NCBI GenBank assembly: GCA_047947115.1
Contig: CP170459.1
Coordinates: 1,088,001-1,152,000 of the forward strand
Length of the DNA: 64,000 bases
Direction of reading: 5' to 3'
DNA from: Verrucomicrobiota bacterium
Lineage (GTDB): Bacteria; Verrucomicrobiota; Verrucomicrobiia; Limisphaerales; AAA164-E04
Below, piece by piece: positions 19,415 through 28,335 of this stretch. The position numbers were made by a program, and so were the translations under genes. Under the pieces are notes generated by a model. The model saw only the letters and a program-made list of their open reading frames with translations, did no database searches and was not told where the DNA came from. Numbering within the stretch: position 1 is the first letter of the stretch; each line of letters starts with the position of its first letter.

Positions 19415-19423
19415 CCGAGCCCT

Positions 19424-19487
19424 ATTGAGACCGAATCTCAAAAAAGAATTGACGTTGTCTGTGTTTTGATTGAGACTCAGTCTCATT
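19424..19487. promoter_or_regulatory. Two 19-bp palindromic operators (Fur-like) flanking a TTGACG -35
   Basis: ATTGAGACCGAATCTCAAA (19424-19442) and ATTGAGACTCAGTCTCATT (19469-19487). Confidence 0.65.
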
Positions 19488-19546
19488 AGCGGGAAGGTTG
19501 ACAGAATCTCCTTTCAAAAAGAATCATCAAAAACAGCTGAAAATTC

Positions 19547-20998
19547 ATGTCGTATCATCGTATCGTATCGATTCGTCTTGTTGCCGTGCTGCTTGCTATC
19601 GGCTCATTAACTCAACTAGCGATCGCTCAGGATTCCGCCAAAAAAAGTTCGGTGGATGACCGGATTGAAAAACTGGAGCAGACCTTGGAAGCTGTCCTGA
19701 CCGAACTTCAGGAGCTGAAATCAGAGCGAAACAAACTGGCTGAAGAAGCAAAGCAACAACGAGAACAGACCGAGGCGCTGGAAGAACAACAACAAGCCAT
19801 GCTGGAAGAAATGGCCGCCCAGGAAGAAGCCCTCGCATCGGCTCCGTCTTCAGGACCGGCCATCACCTTGACGGGAAACAACATTGCCAATCCCATCGCC
19901 CCACCCCAACGTCCCGGCCTCACTCGAAACACTTTACCAGCCGGATTGATGCTGGGCGCATATGGGGAACATCATTTCAATTTCACCGAAGGAGCGGGAG
20001 GGGATCAATCCGATATTCACCGGTTCGTGGGTTTCATGGGGTATCAGTTTGCCGACTGGGTTTTCCTGAACACGGAAACGGAAATTGAACACGCCTTTGT
20101 CAATGATGGTGACGGTGAGATTTCGCTGGAACAATTCTTCTTTGATTTCAGCATTGCCAATCCTGTCAATATCCGTGTCGGACGCACCTTGCATCCAGCT
20201 GGCATCGTCAACCGCTATCATGAACCCACCACCTTCAACGGGACCGAACGCCCAACCTATTCGCAGCGTATCTTGCCTAGCACCTGGTCCATTGACGGTA
20301 TCGGTGTATGGGGACGTGTCACCGACTGGTTGAGCTACGAAAGTTATGTGCATGCGGGACTGGATGGATCAGGGTTCAGTGGTGCTTCCGGTCTTCGTGG
20401 CGGTCGCATGAAAGAACGTCCCAGTTTGAATGACGTCGGCATCAGTTCTCGTATTGATTTTTATCCGCTCATCGCGGCGGAGTCGGATACGGAATGGAAA
20501 TGGCGCAGTGGTTTTTCCTATTCCAACATCGGTGTTGAAAACGGCGATCAGGGTCGAAACGCAGGACGTCCCACTGAAAACGTTGGAATTTGGGCCGCCG
20601 ATACTCAGTTTAGCTGGCGTAAATGGGATTTCAGGACAGAAGCAGCTTATGTGGATAATCCGGCTGCAATGAATCCTATGGTGGGTGCTGGCACTTCGGA
20701 TGAGTTATTCGGTGCTTATGTGGAATTGGGTTACCACTTCTGGCCGGATTCCTGGAAAACCGGCAAACTTGAGAACTCCGATGCCGTGGCGTTTGTTCGC
20801 TATGAATACATCGATCCACAGTCCGGGAAAACATTGGCGGGTCCCGCCAACCGCAATCTGTCCCTGCGTGAAACGACTTTGGGTATCGGATTCTACCCCA
20901 TGCCGCGCGTGGTCCTAAAAGCAGATTATACCTTTGTGGAATCACTGGCGGCCGACCTCGCGGACCGTGTTGCTTTGGGGGTTGGTTACGCCTTTTAG
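19547..20998 (+). CDS. Outer-membrane porin (phosphate-selective porin O/P-like) with N-terminal coiled coil
   Basis: Signal peptide, coiled coil, GAYGEHHFN..ETEIEH..HEPTTFNGTERP..PSTW, C-terminal GVGYAF. Confidence 0.8.
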   Translation: MSYHRIVSIRLVAVLLAIGSLTQLAIAQDSAKKSSVDDRIEKLEQTLEAVLTELQELKSERNKLAEEAKQQREQTEALEEQQQAMLEEMAAQEEALASAPSSGPAITLTGNNIANPIAPPQRPGLTRNTLPAGLMLGAYGEHHFNFTEGAGGDQSDIHRFVGFMGYQFADWVFLNTETEIEHAFVNDGDGEISLEQFFFDFSIANPVNIRVGRTLHPAGIVNRYHEPTTFNGTERPTYSQRILPSTWSIDGIGVWGRVTDWLSYESYVHAGLDGSGFSGASGLRGGRMKERPSLNDVGISSRIDFYPLIAAESDTEWKWRSGFSYSNIGVENGDQGRNAGRPTENVGIWAADTQFSWRKWDFRTEAAYVDNPAAMNPMVGAGTSDELFGAYVELGYHFWPDSWKTGKLENSDAVAFVRYEYIDPQSGKTLAGPANRNLSLRETTLGIGFYPMPRVVLKADYTFVESLAADLADRVALGVGYAF

Positions 20999-21057
20999 AA
21001 GATCAAGAAACCGCTGGCCAAAGGATGGCTCCTCAACATATCACAACCCATCACGCT

Positions 21058-22581
21058 ATGAATCTCGTCCGTATCATTTCAAAGTCCATCTGGGCACTTG
21101 CGATAGGCAGTCTGTGGCTGAGTCCTCTGGTTGCCGAGGAATACATGACGGAGAATCAGGCGCTGAAACTGGCGTTCCCGAAAGCCGATGAGTTTGATCT
21201 TCACCGCATGATAGCCACCAAGACGCAGCGCGACGATCTCGCGGAGCGTCTTGGAGTTCGTTTACCCAGTCGTTTCTTCAAATACTACCGATGCAAGCAG
21301 GGTGGCAAACTCATCGGACGAGCTATCGTCGATGAAGCCCCCGGCAAATACCATCCCTTCGGATATCTCCTCGCAGTCGATCCCGCCCACAAGGTGCGCT
21401 CCGTGGAAATATTGAACTACCACGAAAAATACGGGTTCGAAGTCAAACAAGATTCCTTCAAGGATCAATTCAAAGGGCACTCCCCCACAGACAGCAAACA
21501 CCTGGAGCGCGACATTCGGATCATCGCCGGCGCAACAATCTCCTGCCAATCATTGATTGAATCCATCAAGCGTCAGTTGATTTATCTCGAAGTCATGACC
21601 GAAGCGAAGGATACAAAGCAATCCGGTTTGATGCCTACACCTTCCGGCAATCTTCCTGGACCAATTCGCGAGACAACATCCGAGGAAAAGATGGTCCACC
21701 GCAACCGGGGCCGTTTGCTGATGGGAACGTTTCTCGAAATCCAAGCCTTTGGTCCATCCGAAGCCAGCATGGACCATGCGATGAACCTGGCGTTCGAGGA
21801 AGTGGCCCGGATCGAACAACTACTCAGCACCTACAGGCCCGACTCGATCATTTCAAAACTCAACCAGCATGGGGCCGAAAAACCGGTTTCATTGAATCGA
21901 GAAGTATTCGACCTTCTGGAACGCAGCAAAGAAATCACATCCCAAACCAAAGGAGCTTTCGATATCACCGTCGGCCCCATTGTCCAATTGTGGCGCCATG
22001 CCAAGGAAGGTATCCCGGATGTAACTGCCATTGAACAATCCACCAAGAATGTCGGCATGCATCACGTACAACTGGACGAGAAAAGCCTGACAGCCTGGTT
22101 CGACACAAAAGGTGTCCAAGTGGATCTGGGTGGCATTGGAAAAGGCTACGCCATGGACCGTGCGGCTGAAATTCTGAAACAGCAAGGCATCCAACGTGCC
22201 ATGCTTTCATTTGGCGGGCACATTCTGGCACTCGATCCACCACCTGGAAAAAGCGGGTGGAACATTTGGATCCGTGACCCGGACCAGGAAGACGCATTCA
22301 TCCATGAAATGGATATCCAGAATGCTTCCGTGGCCACCACGGCAAACGACCAGCGGGGATATTGGATCAACGGCAAACGCTATTCACACATCATCCACCC
22401 CGCTACAGGACTCCCGGTTGAAGGCAAAGCTTCTGTCACCGTCATCACGAAAAAAGCGGAAGAAGGCGACGCCCTATCAACGGCCTTGTTTGCATCGAAA
22501 GAAGGGCACATGGAAAACTTGCATTTCCCAACAGCGCTCTCACTGGGGTCAGGGAGCATCCTCTACAGTCAATTCCATTGA
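21058..22581 (+). CDS. apbE: FMN-binding domain fused to FAD:protein FMN transferase (ApbE)
   Basis: N-terminal FMN_bind-like domain with IIAGATIS; ApbE motifs MGT, FDITVGP, DLGGIGKGYAMD, YSHII, DALSTA. Confidence 0.88.
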   Translation: MNLVRIISKSIWALAIGSLWLSPLVAEEYMTENQALKLAFPKADEFDLHRMIATKTQRDDLAERLGVRLPSRFFKYYRCKQGGKLIGRAIVDEAPGKYHPFGYLLAVDPAHKVRSVEILNYHEKYGFEVKQDSFKDQFKGHSPTDSKHLERDIRIIAGATISCQSLIESIKRQLIYLEVMTEAKDTKQSGLMPTPSGNLPGPIRETTSEEKMVHRNRGRLLMGTFLEIQAFGPSEASMDHAMNLAFEEVARIEQLLSTYRPDSIISKLNQHGAEKPVSLNREVFDLLERSKEITSQTKGAFDITVGPIVQLWRHAKEGIPDVTAIEQSTKNVGMHHVQLDEKSLTAWFDTKGVQVDLGGIGKGYAMDRAAEILKQQGIQRAMLSFGGHILALDPPPGKSGWNIWIRDPDQEDAFIHEMDIQNASVATTANDQRGYWINGKRYSHIIHPATGLPVEGKASVTVITKKAEEGDALSTALFASKEGHMENLHFPTALSLGSGSILYSQFH

Positions 22582-22747
22582 TCACATCCGATCGTAACAA
22601 CCGCCCTCTGGAGTACTCCAGGTATCAAGCGTTGATTGGATCGTTTCTTTGGGATGTTCCCTTGCGTCGTGAGCAGCAGAGGATGAATGCATCAAGGATC
22701 CGCATCGAGATCCACGCAGTTGCGGGACAAGCTGACACATTTTAACT

Positions 22748-23158
22748 CTACTCGGGGCGTACTTCGTCTTCAACGAGAGCTTCGCCGGCGACAATATCTG
22801 CCGCGATGGTCCTTCCGTGGGCGGGACCGGTGACTTTGACTTCTCCGACTTTCTGGTTTTTACGGTAGATGAAGAGTCGCTGGTCAACCTGAGGCATGGG
22901 GTGCAGGGGAAAATCGAGGATGACAAATCGCAACGCCGTGTGAACCGATGCCACCTGGCCGATAGGGGCGTTGACCACCGGGATGATGGTGGTTTTGGAT
23001 TGGTAGGTTTTTCCGGATGCGGATTTGGTGTTGCCCAATGCGCCGTCGTTGCCTGTCCAAACCGGGTCATGTTCCATTCCGGGAGGAGTGGACAAAGCCT
23101 GTTTCTTACAAGCACTCAAACCCATGATGAGTAGGGTAAAAAGGACGAAATAACGCAT
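22748..23158 (-). CDS. Hypothetical lipoprotein
   Basis: MRYFVLFTLLIMGLSAC lipobox; small beta-rich C-terminal domain. Confidence 0.7.
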   Translation of the reverse strand: MRYFVLFTLLIMGLSACKKQALSTPPGMEHDPVWTGNDGALGNTKSASGKTYQSKTTIIPVVNAPIGQVASVHTALRFVILDFPLHPMPQVDQRLFIYRKNQKVGEVKVTGPAHGRTIAADIVAGEALVEDEVRPE

Positions 23159-23288
23159 GGGAGCAATAAACGCGCGCAACCATCAAAAGTCAAGTCGTGG
23201 TCGAGGTCGTTCATTGCATCGTGCTGGTGTTGTGGTTTAGGATCCCGATGGTTCGTCGGCAGTTGCCATTCGAACTTTCTGATAGAAT

Positions 23289-24104
23289 ATGAAACAAGCC
23301 ATTCCATCCAGAACCATCCCCTGCGCCTTGACCGTGGCAGGTTCCGACAGTGGCGGGGGAGCAGGGATTCAAACGGATCTCAAGACCTTTGCCGTTTTGA
23401 AGGTTCATGGCACGAGTGTGCTGACATGTATTACAGCACAAAACCCGAAGGAGGTGAAAGCGATTCAACCTGTCTCATCCCGTGTGGTTTTTTCGCAGTT
23501 TCAGGCTTTGAACAATGGATTAAAGCCAGTAGCGGTGAAATCGGGCATGTTGTTCTCAAAATCCATCGTGCAATCCGTCCTTCGTGGCCTTGAGCTGTTG
23601 AAGCCACGTTGGTATGTCTTGGATCCGGTGATGATTGCCACCAGTGGTGCTCAGTTGCTCCAGGGCAGCTGCATTGAGGTCATCCAAAATCGATTGATCC
23701 CCATGGCAAGTCTTGTCACGCCCAATATCGCGGAAGCAGAGGTGTTACTGGGACGGACCATTCGGGGTTCCGCTCAAGCTAAAGCATCCGTTCGCCAACT
23801 GGTGGATCGATATGAAGTCCCATTTTTGCTCAAGGGCGGTCATCTCCCCTCGCGCGGGAAGGTGATCGACTATTTTTGTGATGGTCATACATTAAATGCC
23901 ATGGAATCGGCCTACATCAAGGGCAAAGACACGCACGGCACCGGATGCACCTATTCGGCGGCCATCACTGCTCATCTTGCAATGGGTGCTTCACTGGAGT
24001 CGGCGGTTGTTAAAGGAAAGTCCTTCATTGCCGAAGCCATTGAACAATCCTACCGAACTGGTGCTCATCAAGCTCTGAATGTTTGGAAAGGAGCAACTAC
24101 ATGA
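23289..24104 (+). CDS. thiD: Hydroxymethylpyrimidine/phosphomethylpyrimidine kinase
   Basis: AGSDSGGGAGIQTDLKTF, TAQN, DPVM, HGTGCT. Confidence 0.96.
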   Translation: MKQAIPSRTIPCALTVAGSDSGGGAGIQTDLKTFAVLKVHGTSVLTCITAQNPKEVKAIQPVSSRVVFSQFQALNNGLKPVAVKSGMLFSKSIVQSVLRGLELLKPRWYVLDPVMIATSGAQLLQGSCIEVIQNRLIPMASLVTPNIAEAEVLLGRTIRGSAQAKASVRQLVDRYEVPFLLKGGHLPSRGKVIDYFCDGHTLNAMESAYIKGKDTHGTGCTYSAAITAHLAMGASLESAVVKGKSFIAEAIEQSYRTGAHQALNVWKGATT

Positions 24105-25249
24105 GAACCGTTTATCTCGATTATAACGCCACCACACCTCTCGACGAGGGGGTTTGGGAAACCATGGTTCCCCATATGCGGAATCATTATGGCAACCCAT
24201 CCAGCATCCATCGGGTGGGTCGGGATGCCAAAGCGCATCTGGATGATGCGAGGTATGATCTTTCCGAGTTGTGGCAATGCAAACCCAGCGAAATCGTGTT
24301 CACCAGCGGGGGTACGGAAAGCAACAATCTGGCCATCTTTGGAACGGCGCGACTGCTCAAATCGAAGGGTCGACATCTCGTTTGCAGCGCCGTCGAACAT
24401 CATGCCGTGTTGCATTGCTTTGAGTACCTGTCCGAAAAGGAGGGGTTTGATCTTACCATCCTGCCCGTTGACGGCGAAGGTCGAGTCGACCCAAATTCCG
24501 TCAAGGAAGCCATTCAAGAGGATACACAATTGGTTTCGGTGATGGCTGCCAACAATGAAATCGGGACAATTCAGCCCATCGCGGAAATCGGCGCCATCTG
24601 TCGTGAACGCGGCGTGCTTTTTCACACGGATGCCGTGCAATGGTTTGGCAAAGAACCGGTAGAATCCATCCATCAGTTCAATGCGGACCTGGTTTCGGTA
24701 TGTGCCCATAAATTGCACGGTCCCAAAGGTTCGGGTGCGTTGTTCATTCGTTCTCCCCTGTTGCCGGATAAAATCCTTTTTGGAGGTGCTCATGAGAACG
24801 AACGCCGTGCTGGAACGGAAAATCTTGCGGCCATTGTAGGACTGGTCGAAGCCTTGAAACGGTTTTCCAATCCACCGGTTTTTAGTCAGCAAACCATCCG
24901 CGAAGCAAATCAATGCCTGCGGGAATGCCTGCTTACGGTTCCGGAAGTAGACATCCTGACCCCCCAAACGGGCAGTCTTCAAAATACGCTTTCATTTACG
25001 GTTAACGGTTGCGACAGCATCGGTTTGCTGGCAGGATTGGATTTGGAAGGCATTTGTGCTTCGAGTGGTTCGGCCTGCTCAGTGGGGTCTTTGGAACCCT
25101 CCCACGTCGTTCTGGCAATGGGAATTAGCCGCGACAAAGCCAACGCTTTGGTGCGCTTATCGTTAGGTAAAGAGAACACTCAGGAAGATATGATTTACGC
25201 AAATGAGATGATTCCACGTGTGCTCAAGCGGTGCCTGATTGTGAAATGA
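24101..25249 (+). CDS. Cysteine desulfurase (NifS/IscS group I)
   Basis: YLDYNATTP, HTDAVQ, AHKLHGPKG, SSGSAC; ATGA overlap with thiD. Confidence 0.93.
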   Translation: MRTVYLDYNATTPLDEGVWETMVPHMRNHYGNPSSIHRVGRDAKAHLDDARYDLSELWQCKPSEIVFTSGGTESNNLAIFGTARLLKSKGRHLVCSAVEHHAVLHCFEYLSEKEGFDLTILPVDGEGRVDPNSVKEAIQEDTQLVSVMAANNEIGTIQPIAEIGAICRERGVLFHTDAVQWFGKEPVESIHQFNADLVSVCAHKLHGPKGSGALFIRSPLLPDKILFGGAHENERRAGTENLAAIVGLVEALKRFSNPPVFSQQTIREANQCLRECLLTVPEVDILTPQTGSLQNTLSFTVNGCDSIGLLAGLDLEGICASSGSACSVGSLEPSHVVLAMGISRDKANALVRLSLGKENTQEDMIYANEMIPRVLKRCLIVK

Positions 25250-25262
25250 TGGCCCAACAAGC

Positions 25263-25450
25263 TGTGAATAACTTTGTGAATAGTGTGCGTAGCCTCAACA
25301 AGTGGGGCTAACCCGCTGGATATCAATTTGTTGTTCACATGGCAGATTCGTTGTAAGTCCTTGAGCCAGCCTTGACACCGCCACTTGTTTGGCTTATTCA
25401 CAGGGCTTAATTTTAATACATTTTGTCTCTCTTTGAGAAATAATAGACAT
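25263..25450. promoter_or_regulatory. Candidate replication origin (DnaA boxes, IHF site, AT-rich unwinding tract)
   Basis: TGTGAATAA 25263, TGTGAATAG 25275, TTGTTCACA 25331, TTATTCACA 25394; TATCAATTTGTTG 25321-25333 fits IHF consensus WATCAANNNNTTR; AT-rich 25407-25450. Confidence 0.7.
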
Positions 25451-25459
25451 CCATAGCGC

Positions 25460-26578
25460 ATGAATATCACCATCGCCAAAGAAGAATTGGTTCGCGGACT
25501 GCAATCTGTGCAGAACGTGGTCAATCCGCGCACCACGCTCCCCGTCCTCTCCAACGTCCTGCTGGTCGCTGAAGAGGGCAAATTGATCCTTACAGCGACC
25601 GATCTGGATGTCACGGTCTCCTGCACCGTCACAGCCGACGTTCAAGAGGAAGGCAAGGTAACTCTTCCCGCCAAAAAAATGGTGGGAATCGTCCGTGAAC
25701 TTTCCACGCCTGAAATTGAACTTCAGGTCGACGAGAAGAATGTGTGCAGCATCCACGCCGGAGCTTCTTTCTTCAAAATCGTTGGTCTGGGAGCCAATGA
25801 GTTCCCTCCCCTGGCCAAGTTTGAGGAGAAAAACAAGGTGTCCATTTCCCAGGAACGGCTCAGAGGCATGCTTAGGAAGACTTCTTATGCAGTTTCCACC
25901 GAGGAATCTCGTTATGTTCTCAACGGTATCTTTTTAAGCATCAAAGAATTCAAGCTGACCATGGTTGCCACGGACGGACGGCGTCTGGCATTGGTGGAAG
26001 AAGAGCTCGAGGAAACACCCGATGTGCAGGTACAGTTCATTGTTCCAACCAAGGCCATCAACGAACTCAATCGCTTGCTGGGGGATGAGGGAACTGTGGA
26101 GGTGCAGTTTCAGGACAATCAGGCATCGTTTTTTCTTTCGGGCGAAGGTGAGAATTCAGCACTGATGATCACAAAGCTCATTGAAGGCAATTATCCGAAC
26201 TACTCGCAGGTCATTCCCAAGAAGTGCAGTGAACGGGTTCCTTTGGTCCGCGAAGAGCTCCTGCAGGCCCTCAGGCGCGCGGAAATCATGACCAGTGACA
26301 AAGCGCACTCCGTCAAATTCGCTTTTACCCAAAACAACCTCCAAATTACTGCGAACACCCCTGATGTGGGCGAGGCCAGGGAAAATATTGCCATCAACTA
26401 TTCCGGCGAGGATATCACCGTGTCCTTCAACCCGCTTTACATGATGGATCCCCTGAAAGTGCTCGAAGACGATGAGGTCTTTCTGGAAATGTCCGACGAG
26501 CTGAGTCCCGGCGTGATCAAGGTCCAGACGCCTTTCATCTACGTCATCATGCCCATGCGGACCAATACCGTTTCTTAA
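25460..26578 (+). CDS. dnaN: DNA polymerase III beta clamp
   Basis: TLPVLSNVL, ATDLD, SRYVLNG, VATDGRRL, YVIMPMR. Confidence 0.98.
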   Translation: MNITIAKEELVRGLQSVQNVVNPRTTLPVLSNVLLVAEEGKLILTATDLDVTVSCTVTADVQEEGKVTLPAKKMVGIVRELSTPEIELQVDEKNVCSIHAGASFFKIVGLGANEFPPLAKFEEKNKVSISQERLRGMLRKTSYAVSTEESRYVLNGIFLSIKEFKLTMVATDGRRLALVEEELEETPDVQVQFIVPTKAINELNRLLGDEGTVEVQFQDNQASFFLSGEGENSALMITKLIEGNYPNYSQVIPKKCSERVPLVREELLQALRRAEIMTSDKAHSVKFAFTQNNLQITANTPDVGEARENIAINYSGEDITVSFNPLYMMDPLKVLEDDEVFLEMSDELSPGVIKVQTPFIYVIMPMRTNTVS

Positions 26579-26656
26579 GGTTCACGATCAAAGTAACTTA
26601 ACCTGACTCATAGCCACCCGGATCTTCGATCCAGTTGGTATCAAAAAGCCATTGCC

Positions 26657-27421
26657 ATGATTGAAACCGTCAAAACCATCGCATCAGAAGCCGGAGAAAA
26701 GATCTTATCCTTTTACGGACAACCGATTCCGGTTGAGAAAAAGTCGGATGACAGCCCTTTGACCAAGGCTGATCTGGCGGCTCATCACGCCATTGTCGCG
26801 GGATTAAAAGACCTCGACAACACCATTCCGGTTTTGTCAGAGGAAGCTAAAGAGATTCCTTTTGAGGAAAGGCGAAGTTGGGATCGGTTTTGGGTGGTGG
26901 ATCCGATGGACGGCACCAAGGAATTCATCAAGCAGACCGGCGAGTTTACCGTCAATATAGCCTTGGTCCAAGGCGGTATATCTTCGCTGGGTGTGGTTTA
27001 CGTTCCGGCAAAGAACCTGTTTTATTGGGCTGAGAAAGGAAAAGGAGCATTCAAACAAGTCAAGGAGGAAGCTTCTCTTGCCATCAAAGTGAGGAAAGCA
27101 GACCCTGAAGCTCTCTCCATTGTGGCCAGTCGGGATCATGCTGGTCCCATGGTTCAGGAACTTCTGGAGCGATACCCCACGGCACAGACCCAGAGCATGG
27201 GCAGTTCCTTGAAATTTTGTTTAGTGGCCGAGGGTAAAGCCGATGTCTATTTGCGAGACGTGCCGACCATGGAATGGGACACAGCAGCGGCTCAATGTAT
27301 TGTGGAAGAATCCGGTGGTGTCGTGAAGGATATCGATGGCAGTGTGCTTCTCTACAACAAAGAGGTGTTGAGAAATCCCTCCATTATCACCTTGGGAGAT
27401 CCGTTGTTTGCGTGGAAATAA
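26657..27421 (+). CDS. cysQ: 3'(2'),5'-bisphosphate nucleotidase
   Basis: KSDDSPLTKAD, VDPMDGTKEF, GSSLKFC, TMEWDTAA. Confidence 0.95.
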   Translation: MIETVKTIASEAGEKILSFYGQPIPVEKKSDDSPLTKADLAAHHAIVAGLKDLDNTIPVLSEEAKEIPFEERRSWDRFWVVDPMDGTKEFIKQTGEFTVNIALVQGGISSLGVVYVPAKNLFYWAEKGKGAFKQVKEEASLAIKVRKADPEALSIVASRDHAGPMVQELLERYPTAQTQSMGSSLKFCLVAEGKADVYLRDVPTMEWDTAAAQCIVEESGGVVKDIDGSVLLYNKEVLRNPSIITLGDPLFAWK

Positions 27422-27422
27422 G

Positions 27423-27597
27423 GACCGCGGCAAGCGGAAACATCCTTCAACCAGACAAACTTGAACGCACATACGAAAGCCCGTAGTTGATTAACGTCAC
27501 ATTGCGGTGACGGAGCAACCCACCGTTAGCTCGATGGTCGGTCTTTCAATGTCGTGCAGATATGTCCAGATCTTGGGATTCTTCACTCACCGCGGTC
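27423..27597 (-). ncRNA. Long rod-like structured RNA; 6S RNA (ssrS) candidate
   Basis: 5' GACCGCGGUGAGUGAAGAAUCC pairs with 3' GGAUGUUUCCGCUUGCCGCGGUC (about 22 bp, G-U pairs on minus only); further helices, a central loop containing GUUCAAG, 175 nt. Confidence 0.55.
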
Positions 27598-27740
27598 AAA
27601 CAGAGGGTATGATGCTCAAAACCTCCCGCTTATTGCACGTATTTTATGGCATAATTCATGCCAAAGCGAAGTAGTTGAAAAGGGTATTCTGGAAAACCAA
27701 GGAAAAATCGAGAAACAACCAACGACACATTGCCTGCTTT

Positions 27741-28316
27741 ATGTTCCTACGCATCGTTTTCTTTGAATCATCCCTCTTGTTGGTCGCATGGGTATTGGGT
27801 TGGTTGCTGGGCGTTCCTTTGTTCGACGCTCATACTTGGAATTGGAAAGGGCTTGCTATCGGACTCTCCTCAACCTTACCACTCATCTCCATGTTTTTCT
27901 GGTTGCTCCAATCCCAATGGGAACCTTGCCAAAACATTCGGCGGATCATGGATGTGGTCATACGACCCATGTTTCAGGAGTTTACCATCCTGCAGTTGCT
28001 CATCATCTCTCTTGTTGCAGGCATCAGCGAAGAAATCCTGTTTCGAGGTGTCATTCAAGGTGGAGCTCAAACCTCCATGGGCGCACCGGCCGCCATCGTT
28101 TTATCGGCCGTCCTCTTTGGAGCATGCCATGCCCTTACTCCATTCTACTTTGTTCTGGCAACCTTCATGGGTGTCTACATGAGCGTGGTCTGGATGGCGA
28201 CCGGACAATTATTGGCACCGATCATCACCCATGCTGTTTACGATTTTCTCGTTTTGGTCTGGTATCTCCATTATTCAAATCAAAGAAAGGTGTCTGCTCT
28301 TCGCAAAGATGGGTAA
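27741..28316 (+). CDS. CPBP (Abi/CAAX) family intramembrane glutamic metalloprotease
   Basis: EEILFRG, FGACH, HAVYD motifs; multiple TM helices. Confidence 0.9.
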   Translation: MFLRIVFFESSLLLVAWVLGWLLGVPLFDAHTWNWKGLAIGLSSTLPLISMFFWLLQSQWEPCQNIRRIMDVVIRPMFQEFTILQLLIISLVAGISEEILFRGVIQGGAQTSMGAPAAIVLSAVLFGACHALTPFYFVLATFMGVYMSVVWMATGQLLAPIITHAVYDFLVLVWYLHYSNQRKVSALRKDG

Positions 28317-28335
28317 ACTCATCCAGACCAAGGGG

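Noticed and set aside
22607..22620. Perfect 14-bp palindrome CTGGAGTACTCCAG
   Set aside because: Single copy between convergent genes with no loop or U tract; no function can be supported
24068..24982. 304-aa minus-strand ORF and similar long antisense ORFs
   Set aside because: Shadow frames of well-supported genes on the opposite strand
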